Below are positions 8,890-17,390 of a DNA stretch of 20,826 nucleotides, in pieces. Made by a program: the position numbers and the translations under genes. Source of the stretch: an uncultured archaeon (lineage in GTDB: Archaea; Asgardarchaeota; Lokiarchaeia; Sigyniarchaeales; SOKP01); the NCBI GenBank assembly GCA_964388035.1, contig CAYLZE010000092.1, positions 1 through 20,826 of the forward strand, given 5' to 3'. The notes below the pieces were generated by a model. It did not search any database. It was not told the origin of the DNA and saw only the letters and a program-made list of their open reading frames with translations. Numbering within the stretch: the first letter of the stretch is position 1; each line of letters opens with the position of its first letter.

Positions 8890-9738
8890 TTAAAACGGTA
8901 TTTTTCTTCCCGTAAAATTTCTACAATTTTTACCAAAATCTTCCATTTTTCTTAGAATTTGAGAAGAAAAAACGGGACCATCCTTACAAACTAATAATCC
9001 TATAGGATCCATTACACACAATCCACATAAACCACAACCACATCGCATTACTCTCTCAAGACTGGCTTGTAGTAGAAGATCATGTTTTTCACAAGTCTTA
9101 AATATCTTGAAAATCATTTTTTCCGGTCCGCAAGCAAAAACTCTTAACTTTTTAAGCTTATCTTTAGAAAAAGTTTTAATAATATTTTCAAAAATTTCCG
9201 ATACCAAACCTTTTTCACCAAAACTGCCATCATCAGTACAAAAATAACTTGAATCACAATCTGGTTGAATATTTTGACAAAAATTAGTAAATACCATTTG
9301 TTCTTTCATTTTAGCTCCAGAAAATAGATTAATCTGCATCTCTTTCTTTTTTAATTCAAGAAGCAAGGGTTTAAGGGGAGCAAACCCGATTCCACCCGCA
9401 ATTATCATGTTCTGAAGATCTTTGTCTTGTGGAATGTTAAATCCATTTCCTAATGGACCTCTAACCCCTATATAATCACCAATTTTAAGGGTGCATAAAG
9501 CATGAGTACATTCTCCCACATCTTTTACTGTTATGCTCCAATTTCCTTTCTCATCGTACTCAGAGAGGGAAATTGGAATCTCATCCACGCCCGGAACCCA
9601 TATCATGACGAATTGTCCTGGTCTTGGAGAAACCTGTTTTTTGTTTTCAACATCCATTTTAAAAGTAAGAGTGCTAACGTGATCACATTCTTCCTTGATA
9701 TTGCTTATAGCGACCGTTTTTATCGAATTTTCACTCAA
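8890..9738 (-). CDS. pyrK: Dihydroorotate dehydrogenase electron transfer subunit
   Basis: PGQF, GPLGNGF, IAGGIG, ACGPE and the 2Fe-2S motif MRCGCGLCGLC...VCKDGPVF. Start re-assigned from 9762 to TTG at 9738 because of a strong SD 7 nt upstream. Confidence 0.93.
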   Translation of the reverse strand: MSENSIKTVAISNIKEECDHVSTLTFKMDVENKKQVSPRPGQFVMIWVPGVDEIPISLSEYDEKGNWSITVKDVGECTHALCTLKIGDYIGVRGPLGNGFNIPQDKDLQNMIIAGGIGFAPLKPLLLELKKKEMQINLFSGAKMKEQMVFTNFCQNIQPDCDSSYFCTDDGSFGEKGLVSEIFENIIKTFSKDKLKKLRVFACGPEKMIFKIFKTCEKHDLLLQASLERVMRCGCGLCGLCVMDPIGLLVCKDGPVFSSQILRKMEDFGKNCRNFTGRKIPF

Positions 9739-10657
9739 AGTCGGGCACCTCCTGTATTTCATGCTTATGGGCTAAACCCTTGAGTTCTGTGATGTTTTTA
9801 AAATTATTTGTTTCTAAGTATTTCCTTAAATTGTCATTTATATCCTTGATTATTTCCAGGCCTTTATAGAAAGCAGTTCCCACTTGAACGGCTGAAGCTC
9901 CCGCTAAAAAAAATTCGGCGACATCCTTCCAATTTGAAACCCCTCCACATCCTATTATGGGAATGCGCAAGATATTAAATAAATCATATACCATTTTTAT
10001 TGCAATGGGATGAATGGCTTTTCCCGATAGTCCGCCGCTTCCATGAGATAAAATGGGGCGTGTAGTATTAATATCAATTGACATTGCACTTATGGTGTTA
10101 ATTGCAACTACCCCATCCGCACCAGCTTGTTGGGCTGCAAGGGCAATTTCTGAAATCTTCGTGACATTTGGATTCAATTTTACAAATAATGGAATGGAAA
10201 GATTTTTTTTGATGTCTTTCACAAGACTATAGGTCAAATCCTTATCACCACCAATACTGGAAACTTCTGCATGCGGGCAAGAGATATTTATTTCAATAGC
10301 ACTGGCTCCTTGCTTTTCTGCTTCTTTAGCAACTTCGATGTAAGATTGATTTGTATCTCCAAACACGCTTACTATTAATGGAAAATCATATTGTTTTGCA
10401 AGGGCTATTTCTGATATGAAGTTTTCTATTCCGGGATTAGCCAAACCCACGCTATTTAAAAAGGTACCCGGATAAATCTCAATGATAGAAGGATTCTTAT
10501 ATCCTTTACGAGGTTTAGGACCGATTGATTTTGATACTACAGCTCCTGCTCCAGCATCGATGACCCTTTTCATGGAAGAAAAAGAAACACCTAAGATGCC
10601 CGAGGCTAAAACAATCGGAGATTTTAATCTTAGATTTGAAATCTTAAGTTCGAGCAT
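9731..10657 (-). CDS. pyrD: Dihydroorotate dehydrogenase family 1B catalytic subunit
   Basis: Motifs LASG, NSVGLANPG, EINISCPH (catalytic Cys), VKLNP, AINT, GGLSG and VQVGT. Overlaps the pyrK start. Confidence 0.96.
   Translation of the reverse strand: MLELKISNLRLKSPIVLASGILGVSFSSMKRVIDAGAGAVVSKSIGPKPRKGYKNPSIIEIYPGTFLNSVGLANPGIENFISEIALAKQYDFPLIVSVFGDTNQSYIEVAKEAEKQGASAIEINISCPHAEVSSIGGDKDLTYSLVKDIKKNLSIPLFVKLNPNVTKISEIALAAQQAGADGVVAINTISAMSIDINTTRPILSHGSGGLSGKAIHPIAIKMVYDLFNILRIPIIGCGGVSNWKDVAEFFLAGASAVQVGTAFYKGLEIIKDINDNLRKYLETNNFKNITELKGLAHKHEIQEVPDFE
9746..9753 (-). promoter_or_regulatory. Shine-Dalgarno site for pyrK, inside the pyrD 3' end
   Basis: AGGAGGTG on the minus strand, 7 nt before TTG at 9738. 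Confidence 0.75.
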
Positions 10658-10800
10658 TTCATCAAATTGAGTGTCTGAAAATATAACCCTTTTGACTTAC
10701 AGATATCATTTTTTAAGAGTCATATTTTCTGTATTTTTACAAATTTCTTTAAATGAAAATAATGATTATATATTTATAATCTTTTTAAAAAGTTAAGAAA

Positions 10801-12042
10801 ATGAAGTGTTACCTTATTGATTGTCTAACCGGACTTTTTGCTTTAGATGGGGCTGGAAATATTGTTAGTTTTGAAGATTTCAACGATAAGGTGGAAAAAA
10901 AAATTGATTTTTTCCTTGGGCTGGAAAAAAAAGATATACAACCAGAATATGAAAACTTATTGAAAGAATTAAAAAAATCGGGTTTTGATGAATTCTTTTT
11001 TGATAATGAAATTTTAGCTGAATTAACTTCAAGCAATTTAGGATACCAAACAAGCATCACGAAGAAATCCCAAGAATTCAAGAATTTTAGATTAAACTTA
11101 GAGGATCAATTAAAACGGGTTGGAATTTTTAAATCAAGAGAGGAATTAGTACGTGAATATAAGGAAATTAGTGATGCTTTAATTAGATTTAGGGTGGGCA
11201 GAGCAGGAGAAGAGAAGGATTTAATTATCATTCAAACCATTGAGACAATAGACATTTTAAAAAAAACAATTAGTTCCTTCACCATGCGCTTGAGAGAATG
11301 GTATGGGCTCTATTTTCCAGAATTGACCGATACAATCATTGATGATGAAATTCTCATGGCTCAGATTGTGTCAAAGCTTGGGAAACGGGAAAATTTTGAT
11401 GAGTATAATTTAAATCAGTATTTTAACCTTCCTGAAAAGAAGATCTCGTTGCTAATAGAAAAGGCAATTAATTCAATGGGGGCAGAAATTGATTCTTCCA
11501 TGATGCAATCTTTTGCAGATGAAATTCTTTCCTTGGATGATTATCGAATACAATTAGAAAAACGCTTAGAAGAATTGATGCAAGCTACAGCACCCAACTT
11601 AAATTCCGTGATAGGGTCTTTAATTGGGGCAAAATTGATGGCTAAGGCAGGGAGTATGAAGAAGCTTGCTTTCATGCCCGCTTCCCGTATCCAGTTATTA
11701 GGTGCGGAACGTGCTTTATATCGTTTTTTAAAAACCGGTCAAAAAGTCCCAAAACACGGCATCATATTTCAATGGAACTTCATAAGAGGAAGTCCCGTCG
11801 AGATTAGGGGTAATATAGCTAGACTTGTGGCGGGAAAAATCGGAATTGCTTCAAAGATAGATTATTTTGGCGGAGATTATGTGGGAGATGTGCTTTCCAA
11901 GGAGATAGAGAATAAAATAGGAGAAATCAAAAGTAAGTATCAAAAAGGTCAAAAGAAAAGAAAGAAAGTTGAAGACTTGCGAAAAGTGAAGAAAAAAAAG
12001 ACCAAAAAAAAAAGGAAAAAGGGAGGAAGCAGTGGTGGATAA
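10801..12042 (+). CDS. nop5: Box C/D sRNP scaffold protein Nop5 (Nop56/58 family)
   Basis: RLREWYGLYFPEL, SMG, APNL, PASRIQLLGAERAL, PKHGIIFQ and RGNIAR...IDYF, with a Lys-rich tail. Directly upstream of fibrillarin. Confidence 0.96.
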   Translation: MKCYLIDCLTGLFALDGAGNIVSFEDFNDKVEKKIDFFLGLEKKDIQPEYENLLKELKKSGFDEFFFDNEILAELTSSNLGYQTSITKKSQEFKNFRLNLEDQLKRVGIFKSREELVREYKEISDALIRFRVGRAGEEKDLIIIQTIETIDILKKTISSFTMRLREWYGLYFPELTDTIIDDEILMAQIVSKLGKRENFDEYNLNQYFNLPEKKISLLIEKAINSMGAEIDSSMMQSFADEILSLDDYRIQLEKRLEELMQATAPNLNSVIGSLIGAKLMAKAGSMKKLAFMPASRIQLLGAERALYRFLKTGQKVPKHGIIFQWNFIRGSPVEIRGNIARLVAGKIGIASKIDYFGGDYVGDVLSKEIENKIGEIKSKYQKGQKKRKKVEDLRKVKKKKTKKKRKKGGSSGG

Positions 12043-12730
12043 TATAGAAATTAGAGAACATCCTAAGTTCAAGGGGATTTACACTTCAGGGCATAACGCA
12101 AGAACTAGACTATATACTAAAAATCTGGTGCCAGGCAAGTCTGTATATGGAGAGAGGTTAATCTTTCACGGTGGTATTGAATTAAGGGAATGGGATCCTC
12201 GCAGAAGTAAATTAGCTGCAATGGTGATCCAGCGGCCTATTATGAATTACCTGGAGGATAAAGCAGCTTGTTTATATTTGGGTGCGGCATCGGGTACAAC
12301 CATTTCTCATTTATCCGATATCATGCAAATTGGAGTGATTTACGGTGTTGAATTTGCAGAAAGGAGCATAAGACAATTAATACAAAACACTTCAGAAAGG
12401 AGCAACATAATTCCGATTTTAGGTGATGCGAATTATCCTTCGGAATATGCGAATTCGATATTTACACGAATTGATTTATTATATCAAGATGTAGCTCAGC
12501 CAAATCAAGCAGAAATTGCAATCGAAAATAGCAATTATTACCTAGCAGAAAATGGGATTGGTATTTTAGCAATTAAATCTCAATCAATTGATAGTGTTGT
12601 ACCTCCTGAACAAATATATGAACAGGAGAAAAAGAAAATTGAAAATGCAGGATATCATTTACTAGAAACGATCGATATTCATAAATATGCTTCTAATCAC
12701 GTGATTATTGTTTTCAAAAAGAATTTCTGA
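12032..12730 (+). CDS. flpA: Fibrillarin-like rRNA/tRNA 2'-O-methyltransferase
   Basis: VYGE, REWDPRRSKLAA, LYLGAASGTTISHLSD, NIIPILGDA and DVAQPNQ. GTG start overlapping the nop5 end, with GGAGG upstream. Confidence 0.97.
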   Translation: MVDNIEIREHPKFKGIYTSGHNARTRLYTKNLVPGKSVYGERLIFHGGIELREWDPRRSKLAAMVIQRPIMNYLEDKAACLYLGAASGTTISHLSDIMQIGVIYGVEFAERSIRQLIQNTSERSNIIPILGDANYPSEYANSIFTRIDLLYQDVAQPNQAEIAIENSNYYLAENGIGILAIKSQSIDSVVPPEQIYEQEKKKIENAGYHLLETIDIHKYASNHVIIVFKKNF

Positions 12731-12899
12731 TTAATGCAGTAATCCAAGACATGTTTCAATCAAGGATCTTCCATGGAAGCAATTGAATTTAGTAATAATC
12801 ATTAAATAAATATGGATTCATATGTTACGAGAATTACTGCAAGCTTCGATGATATGAAGAAGAGAAAAAGAATTAAAGCAACGGGCAGATTTAAGGACT

Positions 12900-13646
12900 C
12901 TACTTTAGAAAGTCGGTTATTTTTTGATTAAATAATTCTTCATTTAAAAGGCGTTTAGTAGTATTCCAGGATTTTCGAGCAAAATCTGGTACTTTTTTAT
13001 ATTTCTTAATATATCCCCGTAAAAATTCAATCGTTTTTGTATCGGAAGGATATCCCGAGCCGATCATGCCATTTTTTTCTTTCAAGCTATCTATTAATTC
13101 ATCTCTTTTTTCTTTTGCCATGATCGAAGCAGCAGAAACAATGGGAAAGGTGTCGTCCGCTTTATGCCGGGATATGAGCTCTTTGGGGTGATAATCTAGG
13201 AGCGCTGAGATTGACTCTCCAAATCTCTTTTCATTCACGTCAGCAGCATCGATATAGATGATATCAGGTCTGAGTTTATTGAGAATGCTTGCAATTTTAA
13301 TCTCCTCTAGCTTATTTAGAGAAATGTTAATTTCCTCTCTTCCATCAATTTCCTTTGAAGTTACGATTGAAATTTCATGCGAACAACAACTATCATTTAA
13401 TAATTGCTTGAAATTTTGTCGTTTTTTCCGCGTGAGCTGTTTTGAATCCTTCACACCGATCTGCCGCAAATAATCCAGATTGGCTGCTTCATAGCAAATT
13501 CCACAGATCACCATCGGACCTAATACCGAACCCCTTCCTGCTTCATCCACGCCACATATAATCAGCTTATGCTCATAAAGATGTGCCGGTTCCTTCTTGT
13601 AGGAAGGTTCCAAGGAATTAAAATGATTCGATCTCATGATGATCAA
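12900..13646 (-). CDS. rnhB: Ribonuclease HII (start uncertain; ATG at 13637 is an alternative)
   Basis: GVDEAGRGSVLGP, VKDSK, HKAD, VSAASIMAK, GSGYPSD and RKSW, with a C-terminal PIP-box-like QKITDF. Confidence 0.96.
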   Translation of the reverse strand: MIIMRSNHFNSLEPSYKKEPAHLYEHKLIICGVDEAGRGSVLGPMVICGICYEAANLDYLRQIGVKDSKQLTRKKRQNFKQLLNDSCCSHEISIVTSKEIDGREEINISLNKLEEIKIASILNKLRPDIIYIDAADVNEKRFGESISALLDYHPKELISRHKADDTFPIVSAASIMAKEKRDELIDSLKEKNGMIGSGYPSDTKTIEFLRGYIKKYKKVPDFARKSWNTTKRLLNEELFNQKITDFLK

Positions 13647-13657
13647 GGCAATGAGCC

Positions 13658-14686
13658 TTATTTGGTCGTTTCTTGCACGAGTTCCACGAATTCTTCTTCA
13701 TTATCGACACTTTCTAATTTTTTAATCTTGATGAAAGGGATATTGCATGCCGTTAATTTTTCCGGAATTTTAAATTCATTATTCACGATGAATAACATGT
13801 TTTTTTGAAATAACTCAGAGAAAGTTTTTAAATTGTCCAAAAATTTCTCATTGAATTTGCGTCGATTTTCTGATATTCCTGAAAGAAGGGGATAAAAAGC
13901 ATCCCCACAATCCTCACAGACCGATTTCCAGTTTTTTGAGAAGATAGCTAATTCGAAAGGCACTTGTCCTTTTTTATACCAATAGGAGGAGATTCCTATA
14001 TCTTCAATAATCTCTTGAAGATGAGTTTCAAAATTAGATAATCCCTTTTCCAAACTGATCTCATTAAAATTAAACTTCACATGCCAATCTAACACGTTGA
14101 TGTTTCGAAAAATGGCCGATTTATCCAAAATATCTTTTATTTTTTCCGCAATCTGAACTGAAGGTGCCATGTTCTCGTTCTCATATGCACAAACTGTGCG
14201 TTTTGTAATATTCAATTTTTCTGAAAATTCTTTTCGGGTAATATCTTTCGATTCCCTTGTCTTTTTCACCAGCTCTCCATCTAAAAAGACGACTCCCCCG
14301 CCCCTTCTTGCTAATATATAGGGATAATCATTATTAAGAATAATTTTTTGTAGGGTTTTTAGAGAAATGAATGGTAACCCTTCTCGAGTATAGATGGTAT
14401 CATCATCTAACGGATCATATCGATTTTTCAAACCAATAAGTAAGGGTTTGGAATTCAATAAAAGAGACATTGCCTTGATATCACGCACGGTATCCAAATT
14501 GAGATTGTCAATGTTTGTAAAAAGCTTGATAAGAAACACGGCGCGTGAAGATTTATTCTTGACTAAAATGTCATAACATAATTTGTTCCTTTTGCTGGGT
14601 GCTTTCACAACGATAGTGTCGTATCCCGCATTTTTTAGCCAAATATCAATGTCTTCTAAAATTTTATCATTCTTGTTATCAATCAT
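13658..14686 (-). CDS. Conserved archaeal XRE-family HTH transcriptional regulator with flanking nuclease-like folds
   Basis: N-terminal CYDILVK...IKLFTNIDN...PLLIG...DDTIYTREG, then RRGG and a central HTH (TRKEFSEKLNITKRTVCAYEN). Matches by eye the widespread archaeal ~320 aa putative HTH regulator family. Confidence 0.85.
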   Translation of the reverse strand: MIDNKNDKILEDIDIWLKNAGYDTIVVKAPSKRNKLCYDILVKNKSSRAVFLIKLFTNIDNLNLDTVRDIKAMSLLLNSKPLLIGLKNRYDPLDDDTIYTREGLPFISLKTLQKIILNNDYPYILARRGGGVVFLDGELVKKTRESKDITRKEFSEKLNITKRTVCAYENENMAPSVQIAEKIKDILDKSAIFRNINVLDWHVKFNFNEISLEKGLSNFETHLQEIIEDIGISSYWYKKGQVPFELAIFSKNWKSVCEDCGDAFYPLLSGISENRRKFNEKFLDNLKTFSELFQKNMLFIVNNEFKIPEKLTACNIPFIKIKKLESVDNEEEFVELVQETTK

Positions 14687-14839
14687 TTTCTCTATTGAAA
14701 ATAATATTAAGTTTAAATAAATTTTTCTCTTATGTTGATCTTCAAATTAATTCAAAAAATAAATTTAATTTAACATTATTAAATATTTTATTCTATACAT
14801 CTATCGATTTATACAAAGATTTAAAAAAAAGAAACGAAA

Positions 14840-16069
14840 ATGATACAAGTTAATAAAGCTGATTTTAAACCGATTGAGGAATCGGACTTTCCAGAGATTT
14901 GTGAAAGGAAAGGTATAGGTCATCCCGATTCAGTATGTGATGCTGCTGCAGATGCTTGTTCACGTGCTTTATGTAAATATTATTTTGAGCATTTTGGTCG
15001 ATATTATCATCATAATGTAGACAAGGCTGCATTGGTTGGAGGAATTTCCAAACCAGAATTAGGTGGCGGATTGATAATTGAGCCTCAATACTTCCTAATA
15101 GTGGGAAGAGCCATTAATCAAATTCTTAAGGAAAATAAATTAGAATATATTCCAGTATCGACTATTTGCTTAGATGCATGTCGTCAGACCGTTTCCAATA
15201 TCTTCCGCAATTTGGATCTTACGAGAGACATTCAATTTGATTATGCTGTAAGACCGGGTTCCATAGATTTAACGGGTGTATTTGAAGAATCAGATGCAAT
15301 GGAGCAAATGCCATTGGCAAATGATACCAGTTTCGGGGTAGGATATGCCCCGTTGTCAGATGTCGAAAAAATTGCTTTAGAAGCTGAAAAACTACTTAAT
15401 TCCGATGCCTTCAAAGATAAATGCCCTGCATGCGGCGAAGATATCAAGGTAATGGTGCAAAGAATAAACAAAGACGTGGATATTACCGTCTGCGGTGCCA
15501 TGGTGAGTAAATATATAAGGGATAAGAGCGAATATGTCAATTATACGGATCAGATGAGAGATGCTGTTTTGGATTTAGCTGCAAAAATCATCCCGGAAAA
15601 AAATGTGAAATGCGCGGTTAATGTAGGAGACAATATCGAAAAGGGGATATTGTACCTTACACTTACGGGTACTAGTGCTGAGTCTGGAGATGATGGAGAG
15701 GTGGGCAGGGGAAATCGAAGTAACGGATTAATAACACCTTGTCGTACCATGTCCTTAGAAGCAGTTTGTGGAAAAAATCCGATAAATCACGTTGGGAAGA
15801 TTTATAACGTTCTCGCTACAAACATGGCTCGAGCAATAGTGGAGAGAGGACAAGGAGATATCATTGAAGCCCATGTAAAATTGTTATCACAGATTGGTCG
15901 TCCGATAAATGACCCGTGGGTTAATTCTATTAGTTTAATTCCCGCTGAAAATGTAAATTTTTCGAGTATTGCAAAAGTTGCTCGCGAAGTTTCAGAAGAA
16001 AAATTGAGTAAAGAAAATATCATTAGTTTGCGAGAAAGACTTATTCAGGGAAAGGAACAAGTATTTTAG
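14840..16069 (+). CDS. mat: Archaeal S-adenosylmethionine synthetase
   Basis: ERKGIGHPDS, HHNVDK, ANDTSFGVGYAP, GEDIKVM, GTSAESGDDGEVGRGNR and GKNPINHVGKIYN. Confidence 0.97.
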   Translation: MIQVNKADFKPIEESDFPEICERKGIGHPDSVCDAAADACSRALCKYYFEHFGRYYHHNVDKAALVGGISKPELGGGLIIEPQYFLIVGRAINQILKENKLEYIPVSTICLDACRQTVSNIFRNLDLTRDIQFDYAVRPGSIDLTGVFEESDAMEQMPLANDTSFGVGYAPLSDVEKIALEAEKLLNSDAFKDKCPACGEDIKVMVQRINKDVDITVCGAMVSKYIRDKSEYVNYTDQMRDAVLDLAAKIIPEKNVKCAVNVGDNIEKGILYLTLTGTSAESGDDGEVGRGNRSNGLITPCRTMSLEAVCGKNPINHVGKIYNVLATNMARAIVERGQGDIIEAHVKLLSQIGRPINDPWVNSISLIPAENVNFSSIAKVAREVSEEKLSKENIISLRERLIQGKEQVF

Positions 16070-16307
16070 CATGATTTTAATTTCTATAAAATCATCTACA
16101 TAAATAATAATTATAAGATATTGTTTTTTCTTATTATTCTTTCTTTTAATTCTTCTTTATATTTTCTTATCGTGCAAGAAATCAGAGGATATTTATTTTT
16201 CCATTTTTATTTTCGGTCATTTATAAATCATAAAATCAATAAGCATCTATTTTTTTTATACTAATGAATAATAATCTTCATATGGTTTTGGGAGAATTGA
16301 TAAAAAA

Positions 16308-16586
16308 ATGAGTTTGGACAAATGGCTTAAAAAGGATGAATCTGAAGCCAAAAAAGCAGAGAATCAAAAGAATACAAAATCTGAAAAGAAGGTTCAATCA
16401 AAGAAAAAGGACCCTATTCAAAAAAAACCTGAAAAGGAAGAACCCGGTGCTCCAAAATTAGAAAAAAAAGTTTTTTATTGTAAATCATGCAAGTTTGAAA
16501 AAACAATAATGTCGAAAAATATAAAAGAGAAACGTAAATGTCCAAAATGCAAGAAATTCATGATTTTAAAAAAAGGGGCTAAATAA
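16308..16586 (+). CDS. Small basic protein with a C-terminal zinc ribbon
   Basis: 92 aa. N-terminal MSLDKWL, a Lys/Glu-rich linker, then CKSC...CPKC. GGGAG lies upstream of the ATG. Confidence 0.8.
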   Translation: MSLDKWLKKDESEAKKAENQKNTKSEKKVQSKKKDPIQKKPEKEEPGAPKLEKKVFYCKSCKFEKTIMSKNIKEKRKCPKCKKFMILKKGAK

Positions 16587-16595
16587 AATTCGAAT

Positions 16596-16841
16596 TTACC
16601 CTTTTATTTCTTCTCTTGTTTTTGCCTGAGAGAGATCCAGAACGCTTTGACAGTTGGGACAAATATTTTTCTTCTTCGAATACTTTAAAATCAAGTAAAC
16701 GAAAAAACCCAAGCCAAAGGTTAGAAAAATCATGAAGCATAAAAGTTCATGATACATGTGCTGAAAGTTTTTTCTTCCAGGAATAACCCAATCTTCACAG
16801 GTTGGACAATAAATCCATTTCTTCTCCACGGTAAAGATCAC
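16596..16841 (-). CDS. LITAF-like membrane-anchored zinc-ribbon protein
   Basis: 81 aa with a GTG start (start uncertain). CPTC (12-15) and CPNC (61-64) flank a ~20 aa hydrophobic segment, LLCFMIFLTFGLGFFVYLIL. Confidence 0.75.
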   Translation of the reverse strand: MIFTVEKKWIYCPTCEDWVIPGRKNFQHMYHELLCFMIFLTFGLGFFVYLILKYSKKKNICPNCQSVLDLSQAKTREEIKG

Positions 16842-16921
16842 GATAATTATTCTAATTTATTTATTCAATTGGGGTTATTGTAGTGTAATTTTTTCTACAT
16901 TAATTACTTTTCGAATAGAGA

Positions 16922-17006
16922 ATGATGATACATTATATTTGATACATAAAACCCGATGGATTATGGATATGATCATGTCTAAAATAACTTCGCATTTTTA
17001 TACTGA
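16922..17006 (+). ncRNA. Candidate box C/D small RNA
   Basis: In an ORF-free spacer: C box ATGATGA 16922-16928, D'-like CCGA 16953-16956, C'-like ATGATCA 16969-16975, D box CTGA 17003-17006. No target identified. Confidence 0.3.
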
Positions 17007-17138
17007 AAGGCATTTAAAAGTGGATCCTTACCTTACTTTATCTATAGAATTCAAGTGGTCAATATCAAAATACGCAGAAAGATCTTCCAATAACAAAAGA
17101 TAATCTTAAATAAAAAGAATTAAATATACTTAAAAAAA

Positions 17139-17261
17139 TTAGTTTTCTTTCTTTTTCTTACTTTCACTTAAGAGATTCCAAGTAGAGCCTAATCCCATAT
17201 CTTTTATTCTCTTTCTTTCCTTCTCTATATCTTCATCCTTTTCCTTCTCTTCTTCGCTCAT
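17139..17261 (-). CDS. Small charged hypothetical protein (40 aa)
   Basis: MSEEEKEKDEDIEKERKRIKDMGLGSTWNLLSESKKKKEN from ATG 17261. The longer track version (to 17345) runs through AT-rich promoter-like DNA. Confidence 0.55.
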   Translation of the reverse strand: MSEEEKEKDEDIEKERKRIKDMGLGSTWNLLSESKKKKEN

Positions 17262-17390
17262 GATTCTAAAAGAGTATTTTCTTTTTTTCAATTCTATTTT
17301 TAATATTATACATAAATAAATACATAAATTTAATATTTCGTTCAATTATTTAACTAAATGAACTTTAATAAAATCAATTTGATTTAAATC

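Noticed and set aside
10658-10830. K-turn or C/D motif in the nop5 leader (L7Ae autoregulation)
   Set aside because: No convincing paired C-box/D-box arrangement was found.
12812-12931. 39-aa plus-strand ORF MDSYVTRITASFDDMKKRKRIK...
   Set aside because: Overlaps the rnhB 3' end in antisense, has no SD or recognisable motif, and its length is compatible with chance.
17262-17345. N-terminal extension of the 68-aa track ORF
   Set aside because: AT-rich promoter-like sequence of the divergent spacer; ATG 17261 is more plausible.
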